A stretch of DNA of 64,000 nucleotides. It comes from Candidatus Latescibacterota bacterium. GTDB taxonomy: Bacteria; Latescibacterota; UBA2968. The notes beneath the pieces were generated by a model that searched no databases, was not told the DNA's origin, and was given only the letters and a program-made list of their open reading frames with translations. This document shows, in pieces, positions 29,461 to 38,694 of the stretch (positions within the stretch are counted from its first letter, which is position 1; each line of letters starts with the position of its first letter). The position numbers and the translations under genes were made by a program. The stretch covers positions 2,752,001 to 2,816,000 of the forward strand of contig OZ242320.1 of the NCBI GenBank assembly GCA_965208125.1. The letters are read 5' to 3'.

Positions 29461-30936
29461 ATGTCTGTACAACCGAACGTCTTGTTGATTTCGACAGATC
29501 ACTGGCCGGCGCATCTTTTGGGATGTGCTGGTCATCCTATTATTCAGACGCCAACGCTGGATGAATTAGCGCGAAGTGGTGTGCGTTTTTCCAATTGTTA
29601 TGCCGAATGCCCGGTGTGTATTCCGGCGCGGCGCACGTTGATGACGGGTACCACGCCGCGGACGCACGGGGATCGCGTGTTTAAGGAGACACTCGAAATG
29701 CCCGATATGCCAACTCTGGCGCAGACGTTTCGCAATGCGGGATATCAGGCGTATGCCGTGGGTAAGTTGCATGTGTATCCCCAGCGAGATCGCATTGGGT
29801 TTGACGATGTGATTTTAGATGAGGAGGGGCGCACGCAGTATGGGGTTCTCGACGATTACGAGCTTTTTTTAGGCGATCAGGGCTATGCGGGTCAGCATTT
29901 TAATCACGGCATGAGCAATAACGAGTATGGCGCGGTGCCCTGGCATTTGTCTGACGAAACCCATGCGACGAATTGGGCGACTCAAAATATGGCGCGATTT
30001 ATTAAAAGGCGAGATCCCACGCGCCCATCGTTCTGGTTTATTTCCTATCGGCATCCACATCCGCCGATTGTGCCGTTGCAAAAGTATCTGGATTTTTATC
30101 GGGATATGGAGATTGATACGCCGTTTATGGGCGATTGGGTTCGGTCAGAAAATCTTCCCTATAGTCTCCAATCGATGACTGCGCGGGGGGACAAGCACAG
30201 TGCAATTCAAATCGAGATGGCGCGGTGTGCGTTTTATGCGCTGTGTACGCATATTGACCACAGTCTGCGCGTGCTGATTGGTACGCTGAGGGAAGAAGGC
30301 TTGCTCGACAGTACTATTATTTGTTTTACGTCGGATCACGGCGATATGTTGGGCAATCACAATATGCTGGCGAAGCGGCTTTTCTACGAGGGGTCGGCCA
30401 ATATTCCGATGATTTTGCTCGGTACGGCTGGCGATGAGCGGGTCGGGTTCAATCGCGTGGATGATCGCCTGGTGGGGTGGCAAGATGTGATGCCCACGTT
30501 GTTGGATCTGGCGGGTGTAGATATTCCCGATACTGTGGAGGGAATGTCGATGGTTGGCGAGCAAAAACGGGATTGGTTTTACGGCGAGGTTGGCGAAGAT
30601 GCTCACGCGACGCGGATGATTTGCGATGGCCGCTACAAGTTGATTTACTATTCTGTGGGAAATTACCGGCAGCTTTTTGATCTAAAAAATGATCCCTGTG
30701 AACTCGTGGATTTGTCGTCCGATCCGCAACACGCCGAGATTCTGACGCGGTTGACAGAGCTTTTGGTTGGCGAGCTTTACGGCGAGGATGAAGCATGGGT
30801 CGAGGATGGACAGTTGGTGGGTCTGCCAGACCAGCCGTATCACCCCGGTCCCAACCGGGGGCTGACCAGCCAGCGCGGGCAGCACTGGCCCCCACCCCCA
30901 AAATCCGATATGCCTCAGATACAATGGCATGCGTGA
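29461..30936 (+). CDS. Sulfatase-like hydrolase (Cys-type)
   Basis: PNVLLISTDHW, CIPARRTLMTG, GKLH, TSDHGDMLG. Confidence 0.92.
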   Translation: MSVQPNVLLISTDHWPAHLLGCAGHPIIQTPTLDELARSGVRFSNCYAECPVCIPARRTLMTGTTPRTHGDRVFKETLEMPDMPTLAQTFRNAGYQAYAVGKLHVYPQRDRIGFDDVILDEEGRTQYGVLDDYELFLGDQGYAGQHFNHGMSNNEYGAVPWHLSDETHATNWATQNMARFIKRRDPTRPSFWFISYRHPHPPIVPLQKYLDFYRDMEIDTPFMGDWVRSENLPYSLQSMTARGDKHSAIQIEMARCAFYALCTHIDHSLRVLIGTLREEGLLDSTIICFTSDHGDMLGNHNMLAKRLFYEGSANIPMILLGTAGDERVGFNRVDDRLVGWQDVMPTLLDLAGVDIPDTVEGMSMVGEQKRDWFYGEVGEDAHATRMICDGRYKLIYYSVGNYRQLFDLKNDPCELVDLSSDPQHAEILTRLTELLVGELYGEDEAWVEDGQLVGLPDQPYHPGPNRGLTSQRGQHWPPPPKSDMPQIQWHA

Positions 30937-30948
30937 GAAGGAGGAATT

Positions 30949-31959
30949 ATGCCATCGCGATTGTTCAATTCACATCCAGACCACGGGATTCGCGTGCCAT
31001 GCGAGGTGATGGAAGCTTATGTGTGTGCGCTCTTTCTCGCTGTGGGTACGTCTGAGGAACACGCACAGCATATGGCGGTTACGTTGACGGCAAATGATTT
31101 GCGCTGTGTGTTCAGTCACGGTACGCGCCAGGTGCAGAGCTATATATCTGAAATAAAAAATGGGCATACCAATCCGCGGCCCAATGTGACGGTGGTGTCC
31201 GAGTCAGATGCGACGGCTATACTGGATGGGGATGGTGGGTTGGGGTATTTTCCATCGCATCGGGGAACGGAGATGGCGATTGAAAAGGCGTTAAAGGTGG
31301 GGGTGAGTACGGTGACGACGCGGAATCACTTCCATTTTGGGGCAGCGGGCAATTATTCTCGCATGGCCCTTGCCAGCGATTGTATTGGGATGGCTCTGTC
31401 TTCTCATCGCTATCGCCCGCGTCCAGATGCGACGGTTATGAGTGCGTCGGGTGGGTCGCCGATTAGCATTGCCGTGCCCACTGGCGAACAACCCCCTCTA
31501 ATTATGGATATGGCGGCGCACTTTATACCTTATAGTGAAGAATCATTTGAGAAGTTTCCCGCGGCAGTTTTCAAGGGTTTGGGGCTGGCGGCTGTGCTTC
31601 AGGCGATGGGGGGTATTTTGGCTGGTATCTGGAATGAAGGGTATGAGTTTACAGGTGAAGGCGAGGGGGCAGTGCCGCATCAAGGTGCGTTTATTGCGGT
31701 GTTTGACGTGAGGCGATTTGCCGATGTGGAGATATTTAAGCGAGAGATGGATCGCTATGTCGGCGAGGCGCGTGCCACAAAACCCCTGCCGGGACACGAC
31801 CGCGCTGAATTAGCTGGCGGCATGGAATGGCAATGGGAAAAAGAGCACCGCGAGATCGGTATTCCCATGACCGATGAGCACCGCGATCTGCTGGAGAAAG
31901 TGGGCGATAGTGTCGGGGTTTCATCGCCGTTTGGACAATTTGAAGGGTCGCGGTTTTAG
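30949..31959 (+). CDS. Ldh_2 family (AllD/ComC/YiaK-type) oxidoreductase
   Basis: DLRCVFSHG, LDGDGGLG, NHFHFGAAG, SPISIAVP, MDMA, FKGLGL. Confidence 0.85.
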   Translation: MPSRLFNSHPDHGIRVPCEVMEAYVCALFLAVGTSEEHAQHMAVTLTANDLRCVFSHGTRQVQSYISEIKNGHTNPRPNVTVVSESDATAILDGDGGLGYFPSHRGTEMAIEKALKVGVSTVTTRNHFHFGAAGNYSRMALASDCIGMALSSHRYRPRPDATVMSASGGSPISIAVPTGEQPPLIMDMAAHFIPYSEESFEKFPAAVFKGLGLAAVLQAMGGILAGIWNEGYEFTGEGEGAVPHQGAFIAVFDVRRFADVEIFKREMDRYVGEARATKPLPGHDRAELAGGMEWQWEKEHREIGIPMTDEHRDLLEKVGDSVGVSSPFGQFEGSRF

Positions 31960-32001
31960 GCTGTAAAATTCAAAGGTATTACCTAACAGGAGGAGCAATA
32001 G

Positions 32002-33294
32002 ATGAGCGATAGACCGAATATTCTTTTTCTTTTTGCCGATCAGATGCACGCTTTTGCGATGGGGTGTATGGGGACGGAGGATATTCATACGCCAAATCTG
32101 GACAAGTTGGCGCGAGAAGGGGTTTTGTTTCGAAATTGTTATTCCAATGCACCGGTTTGTACGCCGTTTCGCGCGACGCTGATTTCGGGGCAGTACGGGT
32201 CGCAGACAGATACGTTGCGCAATGGGCGGTATATTCCCGAGGGGACGCGTACACTGGCGGGTGCGCTGAATGATGCGGGATATCGAACCGGTTGGGTGGG
32301 TAAGTGGCATTTGGGCGCAACGGGTAATGTGTGGATTCCACCCGAGTTGCGAGCGAATTTTACGGAGTTTATCGGGTATCAGTGCTATAACGATTTTTTG
32401 CACAGTGTGAAATTTTACGATGAAGCAGGCGATGAGCATTGGTACGATCATCACCGAACAGATGTGACGAGTGATATTGCGATTGAGCGCATGGAGAAGA
32501 TGGTGGAAGACGCGCCTTTCGCGCTGTTTGTGTCTTATCAGAATCCGCATTATCCCGAGCAGCCGGGATACGAATACGACGAGGTGTATCGGGGCGTGAC
32601 CCTTGCGCGACGTCCAAATTGCGTGGCGGTTGATCCCTATACGAGAACGCATAGTCCGCCGAGTCCCAAGCCCCAGGAGAACGATCCGGTTTATCAACGC
32701 TATGGCAATGATCTGGATGAATATCTGCGTGCGTATTACGCGATGGTGACGCAGTTGGATGCAAATGTGGGGCGGATGATGGATGCGCTGGATCGCATGG
32801 GGTTGCGAGATAATACGGTGGTGATGTTTACGTCGGATCACGGGGATTTGCAGGGCAGCCACGGAGAGACGAATAAGGGCAAGGCGTGGGAGGAGTCGAG
32901 TCGCATTCCCTTGATTGTTCGCGCACCGGGGGGCGCGGCAGGTGCGGTGGTGGATGATCTGGTATCTGGCGTGGATTTTTTTGCGACGTGTGTAGATTAC
33001 GCTGGAGAATCTCCTGAGCCTTCGGTTGAGGGCGATAGTTTCGCGCCTGTAGTGAGCGACCCTTCTCAGACCTTAGACCGACCGGTGTTTTCAGAGATGC
33101 AACCCTGGTGTATGGTGCGCGAAGGCGCGTTTAAGCTGGTGGTGGAAAAAGAAGGCTTTGAGGCAACACATTTGTTCGATTTGGAAAATGATCCCTACGA
33201 GATGAATAATCTGCTGAACGATTCCAATTATAACGAGAAACAGGCGCATTTGTACGATGTGTTGCAAAATTGGTACAGGCGTGTGAAGAGGTGA
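32002..33294 (+). CDS. Sulfatase (Cys-type)
   Basis: PNILFLFADQMH, CTPFRATLISG, GKWHLG, TSDHG. Confidence 0.92.
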   Translation: MSDRPNILFLFADQMHAFAMGCMGTEDIHTPNLDKLAREGVLFRNCYSNAPVCTPFRATLISGQYGSQTDTLRNGRYIPEGTRTLAGALNDAGYRTGWVGKWHLGATGNVWIPPELRANFTEFIGYQCYNDFLHSVKFYDEAGDEHWYDHHRTDVTSDIAIERMEKMVEDAPFALFVSYQNPHYPEQPGYEYDEVYRGVTLARRPNCVAVDPYTRTHSPPSPKPQENDPVYQRYGNDLDEYLRAYYAMVTQLDANVGRMMDALDRMGLRDNTVVMFTSDHGDLQGSHGETNKGKAWEESSRIPLIVRAPGGAAGAVVDDLVSGVDFFATCVDYAGESPEPSVEGDSFAPVVSDPSQTLDRPVFSEMQPWCMVREGAFKLVVEKEGFEATHLFDLENDPYEMNNLLNDSNYNEKQAHLYDVLQNWYRRVKR

Positions 33295-33319
33295 TTGTGG
33301 AGCGTGGTGGGGATAGTGA

Positions 33320-34042
33320 GTGGAACAATGGAGGACTGGCGTGGAGAGATCAAATAGTAAAGGTCCAGATTTGAAATTCTGGTATCGCTTTTCGAGCTAC
33401 AAATACACCGTTCTCACCCTTTCAGTGGTGTTTCTTTTTTTGACAATGCCGTTGTTAGAGCGCGAGGGAGAACATTATTTAATACCGTTTCTTTTTTTAC
33501 CGATTATGGCCGCGGTGCTCTGGACGTTGAGCCTTCATAGGGGGCTATTGGCGTTGTGTTTGGTGCTCGGGGTTCTGGGATTTGGTTTTCATTTAATTGT
33601 CGAGACTATTGATCTGTCTGAGGAAATATCCAGAGTGCTTGAGATGGCAGAGGCGGGTGTTTATAAACTGTTTTACGGGATATGCCTCCTGGTCTTTTTG
33701 CACCGGATTTTCTCTGAGACGACGGTCACAGCAGATACCATCCAGGGGGGGATAGCCATTTATTTTTTGAGTGGCTTGTTGTGGGCATTTTTTTATGAAA
33801 CTCTGTTATTATTTAATCCAGATGCGATTTTGTTTTCGAATCATGTCCTGGGTAAGTTTTCAGATCTAATTTATTTTTCTTTTGTTACAATAACCACTCT
33901 GGGCTATGGGGATATAACGCCTGTGAGCCGAATGGCGAAAAATCTGGCGCTTTTGGAAGCTGTTTGGGGACAAACCTATCTGGCGGTGCTGGTTGCTCGT
34001 CTGGTGGGACTGCATTTAAGTCGCAGCGGTCGATTCGATTGA
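33320..34042 (+). CDS. Potassium channel family protein (Ion_trans_2)
   Basis: YFSFVTITTLGYGDITP selectivity filter, YLAVLVARLVG; start uncertain. Confidence 0.88.
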   Translation: MEQWRTGVERSNSKGPDLKFWYRFSSYKYTVLTLSVVFLFLTMPLLEREGEHYLIPFLFLPIMAAVLWTLSLHRGLLALCLVLGVLGFGFHLIVETIDLSEEISRVLEMAEAGVYKLFYGICLLVFLHRIFSETTVTADTIQGGIAIYFLSGLLWAFFYETLLLFNPDAILFSNHVLGKFSDLIYFSFVTITTLGYGDITPVSRMAKNLALLEAVWGQTYLAVLVARLVGLHLSRSGRFD

Positions 34043-36136
34043 GGATGGTGTTTGGGCAAAAAAGTCCGGGATATCGACGGGTTCGCCCAGAGACAGATTC
34101 ATGAGCATGTCGTGCATGCAGAATGCAGATTCGTTTTGGGCGGGTTCAATGTGACAGTCCGTCCCATCGGGCAGTAGTTCGCGCGATTTGACATTGTCGG
34201 CAAAGCATGTGCTGAGGAGTTCTGTTTTTATCCGATTGATCAGGTCGGGGTCTTCAATGGGACAAAGCGTTTCTACGCGGCGGCGCAAATTTCGAGGCAT
34301 CCAATCCGCACTGCCGATGTACACATCGGGATTTCCGTCATTTTCAAAGTAATAGACGCGGCTGTGTTCCAGGAATCGCCCGATGATGCTACGCACTCTG
34401 ATGTTGTCGCTTATACCGGGAACCCCCGCACGCAGACAGCATATACCGCGCACAATCAGGTCAATTTGCACGCCGTTTTGCGATGCGCGATACAGCGCGC
34501 GAATGACTTTGGGATCTTGAAGTGAATTCATTTTCGCGACAATACGGGCTGTGCGTCCTTTGCGGGCATGGTGGATTTCGCGGTCGATTTTTTGAAGAAT
34601 AGAATCGAGCATGGTAGAGGGTGCAATGAGAAATTTGCTGACCTGGGGATGTGCAGATTGCGTGGTGAGCAAGTTGAAAACTTCGGCCACATCATTTGTG
34701 ATGTCTTCGCGTGCTGTGAACAATCCCAGGTCCGTATAAAGTCGGGCTGTTGAGGGGTTGTAATTGCCCGTGCCGATGTGGGCGTAGCGGCGTAGCCCGT
34801 TGTTGGCTTCGCGCCTGACCAGCATCGAGAGTTTGCAGTGCGTTTTAAGGCCCACAACCCCATATACGACGCATACACCCGCATCCTGAAGGCGGCGCGC
34901 CCATCGAATATTGGATTCCTCGTCAAATCGCGCTTTGAGTTCAACGACCACAGTTACTTCTTTACCCACCTCTGCTGCGCGGATCAGTGCATCGATAACG
35001 GGCGAATCTTCGCTGGTGCGATAGAGCGTTTGTTTGATGGCGAGCACATCGGGATCGGTTGCCGCTGAATTGACGAATTGAACAACGGGTGTAAAAGCAT
35101 CGTAGGGATGGTGAAGCAACATATCTTTTTGTTTAATCTGGTCAAAGAGGGTATCGACTTCCTCATACGTGTGGTCGGGCGGGTGATAGGGTGAATATTT
35201 CAAATCGGGTCTGGGGGTCGCGCTATAGAGTCCCATTAAACGGTTGAGATTCACCGGTCCGTTGACCTGATACACCTGGTTGTTTTTCAGACTGTATGTC
35301 GATTGTAAGCGCTTGACAAGTGCCCTGCTGGCATCGGCTTCGATTTCGAGGCGGACCGTGTCGCCTTTGCGTCGATTTTGCAATTCGTCTTCAATGGCGA
35401 GCAATAAGTCGTCGGCTTCTTCTTCGTCCAGATAAAGATCGCTGTTTCGGGTGATGCGAAAAGCAGCCGAGTCGAGAATTTGATATCCCCGGAAAAGTTC
35501 GGGAATATGTGCCTGAACAATATCGGCGAGAAAGACAAAGTCGATGCGCTGGCTGTCTTCTTCTCGAGGCAAGCGAATCAGACGCGGCAATAGACGGGGA
35601 ACCTGCACGACGCCGAGCAGTGTTTCACCTTCGCGGTTTTTGAGCAAAAGGGCGATGCAGAGGGCTTTGTTGATCAGGCGTGGCAATGGGTGTGCAGGGC
35701 TTATGGTGAGTGGGGTTAAAACCGGGTAGAGTTCTGCGTGGCAGTAGTCGTCAAGGAAGGATTTTTCGCGTTTGGAAAGCGTGCTGATGGTGCGTATGTG
35801 AACATCTGCATCGCGCAATGCGGGAAGGAGTTCATCATTCCAGCAGGCGTATTGCTCATCGACCATGCGATGGGCTTCTTTTGCAATGGCTGAAATTTGC
35901 TCTTCGGGCAGTAGGCCATCGGGACCGTAGTCGGAAATGCCCGCTTCTACTTGCTGGAGCAGTCCCGCTACGCGCACTTCAAAAAATTCGTCGAGGTTGT
36001 TGGCTACAATGCCCAGGAATTTGACCCGTTCCAACAGGGGATTTTCAGGGGTGCGGGCTTCTTGTAATACGCGCTGATTAAAGCGCAACCACGAAAGTTC
36101 CCTGTTAAAATAGAGACTGGTATCGCCGAGGTCCAT
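34016..36136 (-). CDS. ppk1: Polyphosphate kinase 1
   Basis: FNRELSWLRFN, NLDEFFEVRVAGL, LLHHPY, ELKARFDEE, KTHCK, GRFLEHSR, SADWMPRNL. Confidence 0.98.
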   Translation of the reverse strand: MDLGDTSLYFNRELSWLRFNQRVLQEARTPENPLLERVKFLGIVANNLDEFFEVRVAGLLQQVEAGISDYGPDGLLPEEQISAIAKEAHRMVDEQYACWNDELLPALRDADVHIRTISTLSKREKSFLDDYCHAELYPVLTPLTISPAHPLPRLINKALCIALLLKNREGETLLGVVQVPRLLPRLIRLPREEDSQRIDFVFLADIVQAHIPELFRGYQILDSAAFRITRNSDLYLDEEEADDLLLAIEDELQNRRKGDTVRLEIEADASRALVKRLQSTYSLKNNQVYQVNGPVNLNRLMGLYSATPRPDLKYSPYHPPDHTYEEVDTLFDQIKQKDMLLHHPYDAFTPVVQFVNSAATDPDVLAIKQTLYRTSEDSPVIDALIRAAEVGKEVTVVVELKARFDEESNIRWARRLQDAGVCVVYGVVGLKTHCKLSMLVRREANNGLRRYAHIGTGNYNPSTARLYTDLGLFTAREDITNDVAEVFNLLTTQSAHPQVSKFLIAPSTMLDSILQKIDREIHHARKGRTARIVAKMNSLQDPKVIRALYRASQNGVQIDLIVRGICCLRAGVPGISDNIRVRSIIGRFLEHSRVYYFENDGNPDVYIGSADWMPRNLRRRVETLCPIEDPDLINRIKTELLSTCFADNVKSRELLPDGTDCHIEPAQNESAFCMHDMLMNLSLGEPVDIPDFFAQTPSSIESTAAT

Positions 36137-36182
36137 AACACACTCCGGGGAAGAGGCGACGGAATTGCGTTAAAGGTCTGGT

Positions 36183-36212
36183 ATTATAATGCGATGGGGG
36201 GCAGATTGTCAA
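36183..36212 (-). promoter_or_regulatory. sigma70 promoter of ppk1
   Basis: Minus strand TTGACA-N18-TATAAT, both hexamers consensus. Confidence 0.8.
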
Positions 36213-36232
36213 ATAAAAACGGCGATCTTGAG

Positions 36233-36269
36233 GAAAAGGTCGGATGGGCAAAAATCCATCCGACCTTTT
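36233..36269. terminator. Perfect 15-bp inverted repeat, terminator-like on both strands
   Basis: GAAAAGGTCGGATGG-gcaaaat-CCATCCGACCTTTTC. Confidence 0.7.
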
Positions 36270-36326
36270 CTTTTGAGAAGAGAGTTAGCGGGAAGAATCC
36301 CCGAAGAAAGGATGAAATGGCGTATT

Positions 36327-36403
36327 TGTAACAAAAATGTCACGTTTTTGTGACCAAAGCGTAACCGTTTTGGAGGCGATTTGTAACATTATAGCGATAT
36401 CTT
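36327..36403 (+). promoter_or_regulatory. Pho-box-like direct-repeat array and -10 for the porin-pst operon
   Basis: TGTAACA 36327, TGTCACG 36338, TGTGACC 36349, CGTAACC 36360 and TGTAACA 36382 all sit on an 11-bp grid; -10 TATCTT at 36398. Confidence 0.8.
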
Positions 36404-36447
36404 ATCGCGGAGAACGTCGTTTATTCACCAATTCGGAGGGAGAGCAC

Positions 36448-37401
36448 ATGCGCATTTGTAAAGCAATTTGGGGAATACTGTTGTGTTTGAGTTTTGTATT
36501 GGCAGGACGGGGTGAAGCTGTCGATACCAGACTCCAGGGTGTTATGTTTGCCGATTATTATATCGTCAGAGGAAATGGAGAAGAAGAGAATGGCTTTCGG
36601 TTTCGACGCATTTATCTCACCCATGATCTGAAGTGGAGTGATACCTTTTCTGGACGGGTTCGGCTGGAAGCCAAGGATGCGGGCTTTAATAGTGAGAAAA
36701 AAATAGAACCTTTTGTAAAGCACGCGTATTTGCGCTATCGCAAAAATGGCCATGCGATCTATATGGGGCTGTCGGGTACGCCAACATGGAACGTATCGGA
36801 GTCTGTTTGGGGTTATCGCTCGGTCGAGAAGACCCTCATGGATCGAAAAAAAATTGCCTCTTCTGCTGATTTAGGCATTGCATATCGCACGCGATTAGAT
36901 GAAGCTGGAAAGTTAAATGCCCAGATTATGCTGGCCAATGGCAGTGGGCAGCAGTCCGAGTCAGATCACTACAAGAAAATTTACGGTCTGTTGCATTTTA
37001 ATCCCGGCACTCTAAATGTGACGACTTATGTAGATTGGGAAAAACGCGCAGGCAATCGAGATCGCACGACTTTTGCTACGTTTATTGGGTGGAAAAAGAA
37101 AATTTTCCACGGCGGTTTGGAAGCCTTTATGCACTGGCGCAACCATACCGCACAGATGCGAGGACTTTCACTGTTCGGCTCAGGACAGATTAGCGAGAAG
37201 ATAAAGGTGTTTGCTCGCGGCGATTTCTTTGATCCAGACGATAAGTCTGACGACGATGGGGAATATTGTTTTCTCGGAGGGCTTGACATTGAGCCGGTAA
37301 AGGATATTCACATCATGCCCAATGTGATGGGCACAAATTTTCAGGCTCCAGATGTAGATATTGAGGTGATTCCCCGGCTGACGCTATATGTTAAGTTTTG
37401 A
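36448..37401 (+). CDS. Outer-membrane beta-barrel, probable phosphate-selective porin (OprO/P-like)
   Basis: Signal peptide, FRFRRIYL, FVKHAYL, alternating beta pattern, C-terminal Phe; first gene of the pst operon; SD GGAGGGAG. Confidence 0.75.
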   Translation: MRICKAIWGILLCLSFVLAGRGEAVDTRLQGVMFADYYIVRGNGEEENGFRFRRIYLTHDLKWSDTFSGRVRLEAKDAGFNSEKKIEPFVKHAYLRYRKNGHAIYMGLSGTPTWNVSESVWGYRSVEKTLMDRKKIASSADLGIAYRTRLDEAGKLNAQIMLANGSGQQSESDHYKKIYGLLHFNPGTLNVTTYVDWEKRAGNRDRTTFATFIGWKKKIFHGGLEAFMHWRNHTAQMRGLSLFGSGQISEKIKVFARGDFFDPDDKSDDDGEYCFLGGLDIEPVKDIHIMPNVMGTNFQAPDVDIEVIPRLTLYVKF

Positions 37402-37409
37402 GTACAGGT

Positions 37410-37447
37410 TATCACATAAATGTCGTGTTTTTGTCACATGTGTAACG
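37410..37447 (+). promoter_or_regulatory. Second Pho-box-like array upstream of pstS
   Basis: TATCACA 37410, TGTCGTG 37421, TGTCACA 37432 (11-bp spacing), plus off-phase TGTAACG 37441. Confidence 0.6.
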
Positions 37448-37498
37448 CGATATAGGTTTATTTTTTGTATGCTATCACACTACGCCAAGGGAGATTGA

Positions 37499-38476
37499 AT
37501 GACCAGATTTATTTTTATGATTGCATGTATGGCTGTTTTGATACCGGCTACAGCTCAGGCACAACAAGATTCGCCTGTTTCCGCGTATCAAAAAGTGAGT
37601 GGGATTTCCGGAAGTGCCAATAGCATTGGCTCCGATACGATGAATAATTTGATGACGCTCTGGTTGGAAGGCTTTCGCAAGTACTATCCCAGTGTAACTA
37701 TTCAGGTTGAGGGCAAGGGATCGAGCACGGCGCCTCCCGCACTGATCGAAGGCACCGCGCAATTTGGGCCTATGTCGCGCCCGATGAAGGCTTCGGAAAT
37801 TGACAAGTTTGAAAAGCATTTTGGATATCCCCCTACAGTGTTGCGAACCTCGTTGGATGCACTGGCTATTTTTGTCAATAAAGATAACCCAATTAATGGG
37901 TTGACTTTGCAGCAGGTAGATGCGATTTTTTCCAAGACGCGACGCGGTGAGTACAGGGAAAATGTTACGAGATGGGGACAGTTGGGTCTGGGAGACGATT
38001 GGAAAAATGCCGCATTCAGCCTTTATGGTCGCAATTCCGCGTCGGGCACTTATGGGTTCTTCAAAGATCACGCGCTGTTTAAGGGCGATTTCAAAGATGA
38101 AGTAAAAGAGCAGCCCGGGTCTGCTTCGGTTGTACAGGGTGTGGCCGAAGACAGGTACAGCATTGGTTATAGTGGCATTGGTTACAAGACCTCTGGCGTG
38201 CGTGTCGTACCTCTGGCGCTGGAAACTGGCGAACCCTTTAGAGAGGGTACGATAGAAAATGTGATCGATGGATCTTATCCTCTGGGGCGTTTTTTGTATT
38301 TGTACATCAACAAGGTGCCCAATAAACCACTCGATCCGCTGGTGAGAGAATTTTGTAAATTTATTTTTTCTAAAGAAGGGCAAGAGATTGTCGTTAAAGA
38401 TGGCTATATGCCCGTGCCCTATCAGGTGGTTAAAGAGGAACTCGAGAAGTTACAGTTACCCATCCAAACACCCTAA
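37499..38476 (+). CDS. pstS: Phosphate ABC transporter substrate-binding protein
   Basis: GSDTM, GKGSSTAPPAL, PMSR, YGRNSASGTY, IGYSGIGY, YPLGRFLYLY. Confidence 0.95.
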   Translation: MTRFIFMIACMAVLIPATAQAQQDSPVSAYQKVSGISGSANSIGSDTMNNLMTLWLEGFRKYYPSVTIQVEGKGSSTAPPALIEGTAQFGPMSRPMKASEIDKFEKHFGYPPTVLRTSLDALAIFVNKDNPINGLTLQQVDAIFSKTRRGEYRENVTRWGQLGLGDDWKNAAFSLYGRNSASGTYGFFKDHALFKGDFKDEVKEQPGSASVVQGVAEDRYSIGYSGIGYKTSGVRVVPLALETGEPFREGTIENVIDGSYPLGRFLYLYINKVPNKPLDPLVREFCKFIFSKEGQEIVVKDGYMPVPYQVVKEELEKLQLPIQTP

Positions 38477-38571
38477 CTGCCAGCGGTGAGACGTTAGAGG
38501 GCCAGCCAACTTCCATCCCAGAGGCGAGAGAAAGCCCCAGCCCCTGTTTCTCACCTCTTATCTATAGCAAT

Positions 38572-38667
38572 CGTCACGCCGGCAGGATTTAATCCGGCGT
38601 CCAGCTTCTACATTACTGCATAGCTAAAACATACTGGATTGCGGCTAAACACCATACCGCGATGACG
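38572..38667. repeat. Composite palindromic element between pstS and pstC
   Basis: CGTCACGCCGG..CCGGCGTCCAG ... CTGGATTGCGG..CCGCGATGACG: two hairpins in inverted arrangement. Confidence 0.65.
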
Positions 38668-38694
38668 AGCACCTTTCCCGTCTCACTCTTTATT

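Noticed and set aside
31921-32862. Long antisense ORFs (also 24745..25671, 37475..38383, 6538..7293, 1985..2704)
   Set aside because: They lie opposite well-supported genes, show no motifs, and are the expected shadow ORFs from codon bias.
34016-34042. 27-bp convergent overlap of the K+ channel gene and ppk1 as antisense regulation
   Set aside because: Short tail-to-tail overlaps are common and nothing else supports a regulatory role.
36337-36447. N-terminal extensions given by the ORF track (porin; also pstC 38662, epimerase 26218, Gfo 20554)
   Set aside because: The extensions run through Pho boxes, repeats or terminators; downstream ATGs fit better.
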